Source of the DNA: Eledone cirrhosa
Taxonomy: Eukaryota
Length of the DNA stretch: 64,000 nt
NCBI GenBank assembly: GCA_964016885.1
Contig: OZ024744.1
Span: forward strand, 132,804,001 to 132,868,000
Reading direction: 5' to 3'
The notes under the pieces were generated by a model. It was not told the origin of the DNA. It was given only the letters and a program-made list of their open reading frames with translations, and ran no database searches. Below are positions 13,261 to 27,147 of the stretch, one piece after another (positions within the stretch are counted from its first letter, which is position 1; each line of letters begins with the position of its first letter). Made by a program: the position numbers and the translations under genes.

Positions 13261-16200
13261 AACCCCAACTTAACTTAACCCCAACTTAACTTAACCCCAA
13301 CTTAACTTAACCCCAACTTAACTTAACCCCAACATAACTTAACCCCAACTTAAATTAACCCCAACTTAACTTAAACTCAACTTAACTAACCAACTTAACT
13401 TAACCCCAACTTAACTTAACCCCAACTTAACTTAACCCCAACTTAACTTAACCCCAACTTAACTTAACCCCAACTTAAATTAACCCCAACTTAACTTAAC
13501 CCCAACTTAACTTAACCCCGACTTAACTTAACCCCAACTTAACTTAACCCCAACTTAACTTAGCCCCAACTTAACTTAGCCCCAACTTAACTTAGCCCCA
13601 ACTTAACTTAACCCCAACTTAACATAACCGCACCTTAACTTAACCTCAACTTAACATAACTGCAACTTAACTTAACCCCAACTTAACTTAACCCCAACTT
13701 AACTCAACACCAACTTAACTCAACCCCAACTTAACTCAACCCCAATTTAACTCAACCCCAAGTTAACTCAACCCCAACTTAACTTAACCCCAACTTAACT
13801 GAACCCTAACTTAACTTAACCCCGACTTAAATTAAGCCCAACTTAACTTAACCCCAACTTAACTCAGCCCCAACTTAACTTAGCCCTAACTTAACTTAAC
13901 CCCAACTTAACTTAACCCCAACTTAATTAACCCCAACTTAAATTAACCCCAACTTAACTTAATACCAACTTAACGTAACCCCATCTTAAATAAACCCCAA
14001 CTTAAATTAACCCCAACTTAACTTAACCCCAACTTAACTTAACCCCAACTTAACTCAGCCCCAACTTAACTTAGCCCCAACTTAACTTAACCCCAACTTA
14101 ACTTAACCCCAACTTAACTTAACCCCAACTTAACTTATCCCCAACTTAACTTAACCCCAACTTAACTTAAACCCAACTTAACTTAACCCCAACTTAAACT
14201 ATCCCCAACTTAACTTATCCCCAACTTAACTTAACCCCAACTTAACTTAACCCCAACTTAACTTAACCCCAACTTAATTTAACCCCAACTTAACTTAACC
14301 TCAACTTAACTTAACCCCAACTTAACTTAACCCCAACTTAACTTAACCCCAACTTAAATTAGCCCCAACTTAACTTAACCCCAACTTAAATTAACCCCAA
14401 CTTAACTTAACCCCAACTTAACTTAACCCCGACTTAAATTAACCCCAACTTAACTTAACCCCAACTTAACTTAACCCCAACTTAACTTAACCACAAATTA
14501 ACTTAACCCCAACTTAACTTAACCCCAACTTAACTTAACCCCAACTTAACTTAACCCCAACTTAACTTAACCCCAACTTAACTTAAACCTAACTTAACTT
14601 AACCCCAACTTAACCCCAACTTAACTTGACCCCAACTTAACTTAACCCCAACTTAACTCAACCCCAACTTAACTTAACCCCAACTTCACTCAGCCCCAAC
14701 TTAACTCAGCCCCAACTTAACTTAGCCCCAACTTAACTTAACACCAACTTAACTTAACCCCAACTTAACCCCAACTTAACTTAACCCCAACTTAACTCAA
14801 CCCCAACTTAACTTAACCCCAACTTAACTCAGCCCCAACTTAACTTAGCCCCAACTTAACTTAGCCCCAACTTAACTTAACACCAACTTAACTTAACCCC
14901 AACTTAACTTAACCCCAACTTAACTTAACCCCAACTTAACTTATCCCCAACTTAACTGAACCCCAACTTAACTTAACCCCAACTTAATATAACCCCAACT
15001 TAACTTAACCCCAACTTAACTCAACCCCAACTTAAATTAACCCCAACTTAACTTAACCCCAACTTAACTTAACCCCAACTTAATTAACCCCAACTTAAAT
15101 TAACCCCAACTTAACTTAACACCAACTTAACGTAACCCCAACTTAACTTAACCCCAACTTAACTTAAACCTAACTTAACTTAACCCCAACTTAACCCCAA
15201 CTTAACTTGACCCCAACTTAACTTAACCCCAACTTAACTCAACCCCAACTTAACTTAACCCCAACTTAACTCAGCCCCAACTTAACTCAGCCCCAACTTA
15301 ACTTAGCCCCAACTTAACTTAACACCAACTTAACTTAACCCCAACTTAACTTAACCCCAACTTAACTTAACCCCAACTTAACTTATCCCCAACTTAACTG
15401 AACCCCAACTTAACTGAACCCCAACTTAAATTAACCCCAACTTAACTTAACCCCAACTTAACTTAACCCCAACTTAACTCAACGCCAACTTAACTCAACC
15501 CCAACTTAACTCAACCCCAATTTAACTCAACCCCAACTTAACTCAACCCCAACTTAACTTAACCCCAACTTAACTGAACCCTAACTTAACTTAACCCCGA
15601 CTTAACTTAACCCCGACTTAACTTAACCCCAACTTAACTTAACCCCAACTTAACTTAACCCCAACTTAACTTAACCCCAACTTAATTTAACCCCATCTTA
15701 ACCCCAACTTAACTTAACCCCAACTTAACTGAACCCCAACTTAAATTAACCCCAACTTAAATAAACCCCAACTTAACTTAACCCCAACTTAACTTAACCC
15801 CAACTTAACTTAACCCCAACTTAACTCAGCCCCAACTTAACTTAGCCCCAACTTAACTTAACCCCAACTTAACTTAACCCCAACTTAACTTAACCCCAAC
15901 TTAACTTAACCCCAACTTAACTTAACCCCAATTTAACTTAAACCCAACTTAACTTAACCCCAACTTAAATTATCCCCAACTTAACTTATCCCCAACTTAA
16001 CTTAACCCCAACTTAACTTAACCCCAACTTAACTTAACCCCAACTTAATTTAACCCCAACTTAACTTAACCTCAACTTAACTTAACCCCAACTTAACTTA
16101 ACCCCATCTTAACTTAACCCCAACTTAACTTAACCCCAACTTAACTTAACCCCAACTTAAATTAACCCCAACTTAACTTAACCCCAACTTAACTTAACCC

Positions 16201-19200
16201 CGACTTAACTTAACCCCAACTTAACTTAACCCCAACTTAACTTAACCCCAACTTAACCCCAACTTAACTTGAACCCAACTTAACTTAACCCCAACTTAAC
16301 TTAAACCTAACTTAACTTAACCCCAACTTAACCCCAACTTAACTTGACCCCAACTTAACTTAACCCCAACTTAACTCAACCCCAACTTAACTTAACCCCA
16401 ACTTAACTCAGCCCCAACTTAACTCAGCCCCAACTTAACTTAGCCCCAACTTAACTTAACACCAACTTAACTTAACCCCAACTTAACTTAACCCCAACTT
16501 AACTTAACCCCAACTTAACTTATCCCCAACTTAACTCAACCCCAACTTAACTCAACCCCAACTTAAATTAACCCCAACTTAACTTAACCCCAACTTAACT
16601 TAACCCCAACTTAATTAACCCCAACTTAAATTAACCCCAACTTAACTTAACACCAACTTAACGTAACCCCAACTTAATTTAACCCCAACTTAAATTAACC
16701 CCAACTTAACTTGCCCCCAACTTAACTTACCCCCAACTTAACTTAACCCCAACTTAATTTAACCCCAACTTAATTTAACCCCAACTTAACTTAAACCCAA
16801 CTTAACTTAACCCCAACTTAACTTAACCCCAAATTAACTCAACCCCAACTTAACTCAACCCCAACTTAACTTAACCCCAACTTAACTTAACCACAAATTA
16901 AATTAGCCCCAACTTAAATTAACCCCAACTTAACTCAACCACAACTTAACTTAACCCCGACTTAACTTAACCCCACCTTAACTTAACCTCAACTTAACTT
17001 AACTGCAACTTAATTTAACCCCAACTTAACTTAACCCCAACTTAACTCAACACCAACTTAACTCAACCCCAACTTAACTCAACGCCAATTTAACTCAACC
17101 CCAACTTAACTCAACCCCAACTTAACTTAACCCCGACTTAAATTAACCCCGACTTAACTTAACCCCAACTTAACTCAACCCCAACTTAACTTAACCCCAA
17201 CTTAACTCAACCCCAACTTAACTTAACCCCAACTTAACTCAGCCCCAACTTAACTTAGCCCCAACTTAACTTAGCCCCAACTTAACTTAACACCAACTTA
17301 ACTTAACCCCAACTTAACTTAACCCCAACTTAACTTAACCCCAACTTAACTTATCCCCAACTTAACTGAACCCCAACTTAACTTAACCCCAACTTAATAT
17401 AACCCCAACTTAACTTAACCCCAACTTAACTCAACCCCAACTTAAATTAACCCCAACTTAACTTAACCCCAACTTAACTTAACCCCAACTTAATTAACCC
17501 CAACTTAAATTAACCCCAACTTAACTTAACACCAACTTAACGTAACCCCAACTTAACTTAACCCCAACTTAACTTAAACCTAACTTAACTTAACCCCAAC
17601 TTAACCCCAACTTAACTTGACCCCAACTTAACTTAACCCCAACTTAACTCAACCCCAACTTAACTTAACCCCAACTTAACTCAGCCCCAACTTAACTCAG
17701 CCCCAACTTAACTTAGCCCCAACTTAACTTAACACCAACTTAACTTAACCCCAACTTAACTTAACCCCAACTTAACTTAACCCCAACTTAACTTATCCCC
17801 AACTTAACTGAACCCCAACTTAACTGAACCCCAACTTAAATTAACCCCAACTTAACTTAACCCCAACTTAACTTAACCCCAACTTAACTCAACACCAACT
17901 TAACTCAACCCCAACTTAACTCAACCCCAATTTAACTCAACCCCAACTTAACTCAACCCCAACTTAACTTAACCCCAACTTAACTGAACCCTAACTTAAC
18001 TTAACCCCGACTTAACTTAACCCCGACTTAACTTAACCCCAACTTAACTTAACCCCAACTTAACTTAACCCCAACTTAACTTAACCCCAACTTAATTTAA
18101 CCCCATCTTAACCCCAACTTAACTTAACCCCAACTTAACTGAACCCCAACTTAAATTAACCCCAACTTAAATAAACCCCAACTTAACTTAACCCCAACTT
18201 AACTTAACCCCAACTTAACTTAACCCCAACTTAACTCAGCCCCAACTTAACTTAGCCCCAACTTAACTTAACCCCAACTTAACTTAACCCCAACTTAACT
18301 TAACCCCAACTTAACTTAACCCCAACTTAACTTAACCCCAATTTAACTTAAACCCAACTTAACTTAACCCCAACTTAAATTATCCCCAACTTAACTTATC
18401 CCCAACTTAACTTAACCCCAACTTAACTTAACCCCAACTTAACTTAACCCCAACTTAATTTAACCCCAACTTAACTTAACCTCAACTTAACTTAACCCCA
18501 ACTTAACTTAACCCCATCTTAACTTAACCCCAACTTAACTTAACCCCAACTTAACTTAACCCCAACTTAAATTAACCCCAACTTAACTTAACCCCAACTT
18601 AACTTAACCCCGACTTAACTTAACCCCAACTTAACTTAAACCTAACTTAACTTAACCCCAACTTAACCCCAACTTAACTTGACCCCAACTTAACTTAACC
18701 CCAACTTAACTCAACCCCAACTTAACTTAACCCCAACTTAACTCAGCCCCAACTTAACTCAGCCCCAACTTAACTTAGCCACAACTTAACTTAACACCAA
18801 CTTAACTTAACCCCAACTTAACTTAACCCCAACTTAACTTAACCCCAACTTAACTTATCCCCAACTTAACTGAACCCCAACTTAACTTAACCCCAACTCA
18901 ATATAACCCCAACTTAACTTAACCCCAACTTAACTCAACCCCAACTTAAATTAACCCCAACTTAACTTATCCCCAACTTAACTTAACCCCAACTTAATTA
19001 ACCCCAACTTAAATTAACCCCAACTTAACTTAACACCAACTTAACGTAACCCCAACTTAAATAAACCCCAACTTAAATTAACCCCAACTTAACTTAACCC
19101 CAACTTAACTTAACCCCAACTTAACTCAGCCCCAACTTAACTTAGCCCCAACTTAACTTAACCCCAACTTAACTTAACCCCAACTTAACTTAACCCCAAC

Positions 19201-22030
19201 TTAACTTAAACCTAACTTAACTTAACCCCAACTTAACCCCAACTTAACTTGACCCCAACTTAACTTAACCTCAACTTAACTTAACCCCAACTTAACTTAA
19301 CCCCATCTTAACTTAACCCCAACTTAACTTAACCCCAACTTAACTTAACCCCAACTTAAATTAACCCCAACTTAACTTAACCCCAACTTAACTTAACCCC
19401 GACTTAACTTAACCCCAACTTAACTTAACCCCAACTTAACTTAACCCCAACTTAACTTAACCACAAATTAACTTAACCCCAACTTAACTTAACCCCAACT
19501 TAACTTAACCCCAACTTAACTTAACCCCAACTTAACTTAAACCTAACCTAACTTAACCCCAACTTAACCCCAATTTAACTTGACCCCAACTTAACTTAAC
19601 CCCAACTTAACTCAACCCCAACTTAACTTAACCCCAACTTAACTCAGCCCCAACTTAACTCAGCCCCAACTTAACTTAGCCACAACTTAACTTAACACCA
19701 ACTTAACTTAACCCCAACTTAACTTAACCCCAACTTAACTTAACCCCAACTTAACTTATCCCCAACTTAACTGAACCCCAACTTAACTTAACCCCAACTT
19801 AATATAACCCCAACTTAACTTAACCCCAACTTAACTCAACCCCAACTTAAATTAACCCCAACTTAACTTATCCCCAACTTAACTTAACCCCAACTTAATT
19901 AACCCCAACTTAAATTAACCCCAACTTAACTTAACACCAACTTAACGTAACCCCAATTTAACTTAACCCCAACTTAACTTAAACCTAACTTAACTTAACC
20001 CCAACTTAACCCCAACTTAACTTGACCCCAACTTAACTTAACCCCAACTTAACTCAACCCCAACTTAACTTAACCCCAACTTAACTCAGCCCCAACTTAA
20101 CTCAGCCCCAACTTAACTTATCCCCAACTTAACTGAACCCCAACTTAACTGAACCCCAACTTAAATTAACCCCAACTTAACTTAACCCCAACTTAACTTA
20201 ACCCCAACTTAACTCAACACCAACTTAACTCAACCCCAACTTAAATCAACCCCAATTTAACTCAACCCCAACTTAACTCAACCCCAACTTAACTTAACCC
20301 CAACTTAACTGAACCCTAACTTAACTTAACCCCGACTTAACTTAACCCCGACTTAACTTAACCCCAACTTAACTTAACCCCAACTTAACTTAACCCCAAC
20401 TTAACTTAACCCCAACTTAATTTAACCCCATCTTAACCCCAACTTAACTTAACCCCAACTTAACTGAACCCCAACTTAACTTAACCCCAACTTAAATAAA
20501 CCCCAACTTAACTTAACCCCAACTTAACTTAACCCCAACTTAACTTAACCCCAACTTAACTCAGCCCCAACTTAACTTAGCCCCAACTTAACTTAACCCC
20601 AACTTAACTTAACCCCAACTTAACTTAACCCCAACTTAACTTAACCCAAACTTAACTTAACCCCAACTTAACTTAAACCCAACTTAACTTAACCCCAACT
20701 TAAATTATCCCCAACTTAACTTATCCCCAACTTAACTTAACCCCAACTTAACTTAACCCCAACTTAACTTAACCCCAACTTAATTTAACCCCAACTTAAC
20801 TTAACCTCAACTTAACTTAACCCCAACTTAACTTAACCCCATCTTAACTTAACCCCAACTTAACTTAACCCCAACTTAACTTAACCCCAACTTAAATTAA
20901 CCCCAACTTAACTTAACCCCAACTTAACTTAACCCCGACTTAACTTAACCCCAACTTAACTTAACCCCAACTTAACTTAACCCCAACTTAACCCCAACTT
21001 AACTTGACCCCAACTTAACTTAACCCCAACTTAACTCAACCCCAACTTAACTTAACCCCAACTTAACTCAGCCCCAACTTAACTCAGCCCCAACTTAACT
21101 TAGCCCCAACTTAACTTAACACCAACTTAACTTAACCCCACCTTAACTTAACCCCAACTTAACTTAACCCCAACTTAACTTATCACCAACTTAACTGAAC
21201 CCCAACTTAACTTAACCCCAACTTAATATAACCCCAACTTAACTTAACCCCAACTTAACTCAACCCCAACTTAAATTAACCCCAACTTAACTTAACCCCA
21301 ACTTAACTTAACCCCAACTTAATTAACCCCAACTTAAATTAACCCCAACTTAACTTAACACCAACTTAACGTAACCCCAACTTAATTTAACCCCAACTTA
21401 AATTAACCCCAACTTAACTTGCCCCCAACTTAACTTACCCCCAACGTAACTTAACCCCAACTTAATTTAACCCCAACTTAATTTAACCCCAACTTAACTT
21501 AACCCCAAATTAACTCAACCCCAACTTAACTCAACCCCAACTTAACTTAACCCCAACTTAACTTAACCCCAACTTAACTTAACCACAAATTAACTTGGCC
21601 CCAACTTAAATTAACCCCAACTTAACTCAACCACAACTTAACTTAACCCCGACCTAACTTAACCCCAACTTAACTTAACCCCAACTTAACTTAACCCCAA
21701 CTTCACTCAACCCCAACTTAACTCAACCCCATCTTAACCCCAACTTAACTTAACCCCAACTTAAATTAACCACAAGGTTAACTTAACCCCAATTTAAATT
21801 AACCCCAACTTAACTTAACCCCAACTTAACATAACCACCACTTAATTAACCCCAACTTAACTCAACCCCAACTTAACTTAACCCTAACTTAACTTAACCC
21901 CAACTTAACCGCAACTTAACTTAACCCCAACTTAACTTACCCCCAACTTAACTTACCCCCAACTTAACTGAACCCCAACTTAAGTTAAGCTTAACTTAAC
22001 TTAACGCCAACTTAACTTAACCCCGACTTA

Positions 22031-22203
22031 GGGCTTAAGTTAAGTTGGGGCTAAGTTAAGTTGGGGTTAAGTCAAGTTGGAAGTTGTGGTTGAGTGAAGT
22101 TGGGGTTAAGTTAAGTTGGGGTTGAGTGAAGTTGGGGTTAAGTTAAGTTGGGGTTGAGTTACGTTGGGGTTGAGTGAAGTTGGGGTTAAGTTAAGTTGGG
22201 GTT
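22031..22203 (-). repeat. 173-bp inverted satellite island, copy 3 (TACG allele, upstream AAGCTT)
   Basis: Same junctions and length as copy 1. Confidence 0.97.
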
Positions 22204-25200
22204 AACCCCAACTTAACTTAACCTCAACTTAACTTAACCCCAACTTAACTTAACCCCAACTTAACTTAACCCCAACATAACTTAACCCCAACTTAAATTA
22301 ACCCCAACTTAACTTAAACTCAACTTAACTAACCAACTTAACTTAACCCCAACTTAACTTAACCCCAACTTAACTTAACCCCAACTTAACTTAACCCCAA
22401 CTTAACTTAACCCCAACTTAAATTAACCCCAACTTAACTTAACCCCAACTTAACTTAACCCCGACTTAACTTAACCCCAACTTAACTTAACCCCAACTTA
22501 ACTTAGCCCCAACTTAACTTAGCCCCAACTTAACTTAGCCCCAACTTAACTTAACCCCAACTTAACATAACCGCACCTTAACTTAACCTCAACTTAACTT
22601 AACTGCAACTTAACTTAACCCCAACTTAACTTAACCCCAACTTAACTCAACACCAACTTAACTCAACCCCAACTTAACTCAACCCCAATTTAACTCAACC
22701 CCAACTTAACTCAACCCCAACTTAACTTAACCCCAACTTAACTGAACCCTAACTTAACTTAACCCCGACTTAAATTAAGCCCAACTTAACTTAACCCCAA
22801 CTTAACTCAGCCCCAACTTAACTTAGCCCTAACTTAACTTAACCCCAACTTAACTTAACCCCAACTTAATTAACCCCAACTTAACTTAACCCCAACTTAA
22901 CTTAACCCCGACTTAACTTAACCCCAACTTAACTTAAACCTAACTTAACTTAACCCCAACTTAACCCCAACTTAACTTGACCCCAACTTAACTTAACCCC
23001 AACTTAACTTAACCCCAACTTAACTTAACCCCAACTTAATTTAACCCCATCTTAACCCCAACTTAACTTAACCCCAACTTAACTGAACCCCAACTTAAAT
23101 TAACCCCAACTTAAATAAACCCCAACTTAACTTAACCCCAACTTAACTTAACCCCAACTTAACTTAACCCCAACTTAACTCAGCCCCAACTTAACTTAGC
23201 CCCAACTTAACTTAACCCCAACTTAACTTAACCCCAACTTAACTTAACCCCAACTTAACTTAACCCCAACTTAACTTAACCCCAATTTAACTTAAACCCA
23301 ACTTAACTTAACCCCAACTTAAATTATCCCCAACTTAACTTATCCCCAACTTAACTTAACCCCAACTTAACTTAACCCCAACTTAACTTAACCCCAACTT
23401 AATTTAACCCCAACTTAACTTAACCTCAACTTAACTTAACCCCAACTTAACTTAACCCCATCTTAACTTAACCCCAACTTAACTTAACCCCAACTTAACT
23501 TAACCCCAACTTAAATTAACCCCAACTTAACTTAACCCCAACTTAACTTAACCCCGACTTAACTTAACCCCAACTTAACTTAAACCTAACTTAACTTAAC
23601 CCCAACTTAACCCCAACTTAACTTGACCCCAACTTAACTTAACCCCAACTTAACTCAACCCCAACTTAACTTAACCCCAACTTAACTCAGCCCCAACTTA
23701 ACTCAGCCCCAACTTAACTTAGCCACAACTTAACTTAACACCAACTTAACTTAACCCCAACTTAACTTAACCCCAACTTAACTTAACCCCAACTTAACTT
23801 ATCCCCAACTTAACTGAACCCCAACTTAACTTAACCCCAACTCAATATAACCCCAACTTAACTTAACCCCAACTTAACTCAACCCCAACTTAAATTAACC
23901 CCAACTTAACTTATCCCCAACTTAACTTAACCCCAACTTAATTAACCCCAACTTAAATTAACCCCAACTTAACTTAACACCAACTTAACGTAACCCCAAC
24001 TTAAATAAACCCCAACTTAAATTAACCCCAACTTAACTTAACCCCAACTTAACTTAACCCCAACTTAACTCAGCCCCAACTTAACTTAGCCCCAACTTAA
24101 CTTAACCCCAACTTAACTTAACCCCAACTTAACTTAACCCCAACTTAACTTAAACCTAACTTAACTTAACCCCAACTTAACCCCAACTTAACTTGACCCC
24201 AACTTAACTTAACCTCAACTTAACTTAACCCCAACTTAACTTAACCCCATCTTAACTTAACCCCAACTTAACTTAACCCCAACTTAACTTAACCCCAACT
24301 TAAATTAACCCCAACTTAACTTAACCCCAACTTAACTTAACCCCGACTTAACTTAACCCCAACTTAACTTAACCCCAACTTAACTTAACCCCAACTTAAC
24401 TTAACCACAAATTAACTTAACCCCAACTTAACTTAACCCCAACTTAACTTAACCCCAACTTAACTTAACCCCAACTTAACTTAAACCTAACCTAACTTAA
24501 CCCCAACTTAACCCCAATTTAACTTGACCCCAACTTAACTTAACCCCAACTTAACTCAACCCCAACTTAACTTAACCCCAACTTAACTCAGCCCCAACTT
24601 AACTCAGCCCCAACTTAACTTAGCCACAACTTAACTTAACACCAACTTAACTTAACCCCAACTTAACTTAACCCCAACTTAACTTAACCCCAACTTAACT
24701 TATCCCCAACTTAACTGAACCCCAACTTAACTTAACCCCAACTTAATATAACCCCAACTTAACTTAACCCCAACTTAACTCAACCCCAACTTAAATTAAC
24801 CCCAACTTAACTTATCCCCAACTTAACTTAACCCCAACTTAATTAACCCCAACTTAAATTAACCCCAACTTAACTTAACACCAACTTAACGTAACCCCAA
24901 TTTAACTTAACCCCAACTTAACTTAAACCTAACTTAACTTAACCCCAACTTAACCCCAACTTAACTTGACCCCAACTTAACTTAACCCCAACTTAACTCA
25001 ACCCCAACTTAACTTAACCCCAACTTAACTCAGCCCCAACTTAACTCAGCCCCAACTTAACTTATCCCCAACTTAACTGAACCCCAACTTAACTGAACCC
25101 CAACTTAAATTAACCCCAACTTAACTTAAGCCCAACTTAACTTAACCCCAACTTAACTCAACACCAACTTAACTCAACCCCAACTTAAATCAACCCCAAT

Positions 25201-26974
25201 TTAACTCAACCCCAACTTAACTCAACCCCAACTTAACTTAACCCCAACTTAACTGAACCCTAACTTAACTTAACCCCGACTTAACTTAACCCCGACTTAA
25301 CTTAACCCCAACTTAACTTAACCCCAACTTAACTTAACCCCAACTTAACTTAACCCCAACTTAATTTAACCCCATCTTAACCCCAACTTAACTTAACCCC
25401 AACTTAACTGAACCCCAACTTAACTTAACCCCAACTTAAATAAACCCCAACTTAACTTAACCCCAACTTAACTTAACCCCAACTTAACTTAACCCCAACT
25501 TAACTCAGCCCCAACTTAACTTAGCCCCAACTTAACTTAACCCCAACTTAACTTAACCCCAACTTAACTTAACCCCAACTTAACTTAACCCAAACTTAAC
25601 TTAACCCCAACTTAACTTAAACCCAACTTAACTTAACCCCAACTTAAATTATCCCCAACTTAACTTATCCCCAACTTAACTTAACCCCAACTTAACTTAA
25701 CCCCAACTTAACTTAACCCCAACTTAATTTAACCCCAACTTAACTTAACCTCAACTTAACTTAACCCCAACTTAACTTAACCCCATCTTAACTTAACCCC
25801 AACTTAACTTAACCCCAACTTAACTTAACCCCAACTTAAATTAACCCCAACTTAACTTAACCCCAACTTAACTTAACCCCGACTTAACTTAACCCCAACT
25901 TAACTTAACCCCAACTTAACTTAACCCCAACTTAACCCCAACTTAACTTGACCCCAACTTAACTTAACCCCAACTTAACTCAACCCCAACTTAACTTAAC
26001 CCCAACTTAACTCAGCCCCAACTTAACTCAGCCCCAACTTAACTTAGCCCCAACTTAACTTAACACCAACTTAACTTAACCCCACCTTAACTTAACCCCA
26101 ACTTAACTTAACCCCAACTTAACTTATCACCAACTTAACTGAACCCCAACTTAACTTAACCCCAACTTAATATAACCCCAACTTAACTTAACCCCAACTT
26201 AACTCAACCCCAACTTAAATTAACCCCAACTTAACTTAACCCCAACTTAACTTAACCCCAACTTAATTAACCCCAACTTAAATTAACCCCAACTTAACTT
26301 AACACCAACTTAACGTAACCCCAACTTAATTTAACCCCAACTTAAATTAACCCCAACTTAACTTGCCCCCAACTTAACTTACCCCCAACGTAACTTAACC
26401 CCAACTTAATTTAACCCCAACTTAATTTAACCCCAACTTAACTTAACCCCAAATTAACTCAACCCCAACTTAACTCAACCCCAACTTAACTTAACCCCAA
26501 CTTAACTTAACCCCAACTTAACTTAACCACAAATTAACTTGGCCCCAACTTAAATTAACCCCAACTTAACTCAACCACAACTTAACTTAACCCCGACCTA
26601 ACTTAACCCCAACTTAACTTAACCCCAACTTAACTTAACCCCAACTTCACTCAACCCCAACTTAACTCAACCCCATCTTAACCCCAACTTAACTTAACCC
26701 CAACTTAAATTAACCACAAGGTTAACTTAACCCCAATTTAAATTAACCCCAACTTAACTTAACCCCAACTTAACATAACCACCACTTAATTAACCCCAAC
26801 TTAACTCAACCCCAACTTAACTTAACCCTAACTTAACTTAACCCCAACTTAACCGCAACTTAACTTAACCCCAACTTAACTTACCCCCAACTTAACTTAC
26901 CCCCAACTTAACTGAACCCCAACTTAAGTTAAGCTTAACTTAACTTAACGCCAACTTAACTTAACCCCGACTTA

Positions 26975-27147
26975 GGGCTTAAGTTAAGTTGGGGCTAAGT
27001 TAAGTTGGGGTTAAGTCAAGTTGGAAGTTGTGGTTGAGTGAAGTTGGGGTTAAGTTAAGTTGGGGTTGAGTGAAGTTGGGGTTAAGTTAAGTTGGGGTTG
27101 AGTTACGTTGGGGTTGAGTGAAGTTGGGGTTAAGTTAAGTTGGGGTT
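26975..27147 (-). repeat. 173-bp inverted satellite island, copy 4 (TACG allele, upstream AAGCTT)
   Basis: Same junctions and length as copy 1, located 4944 bp after copy 3. Confidence 0.97.
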
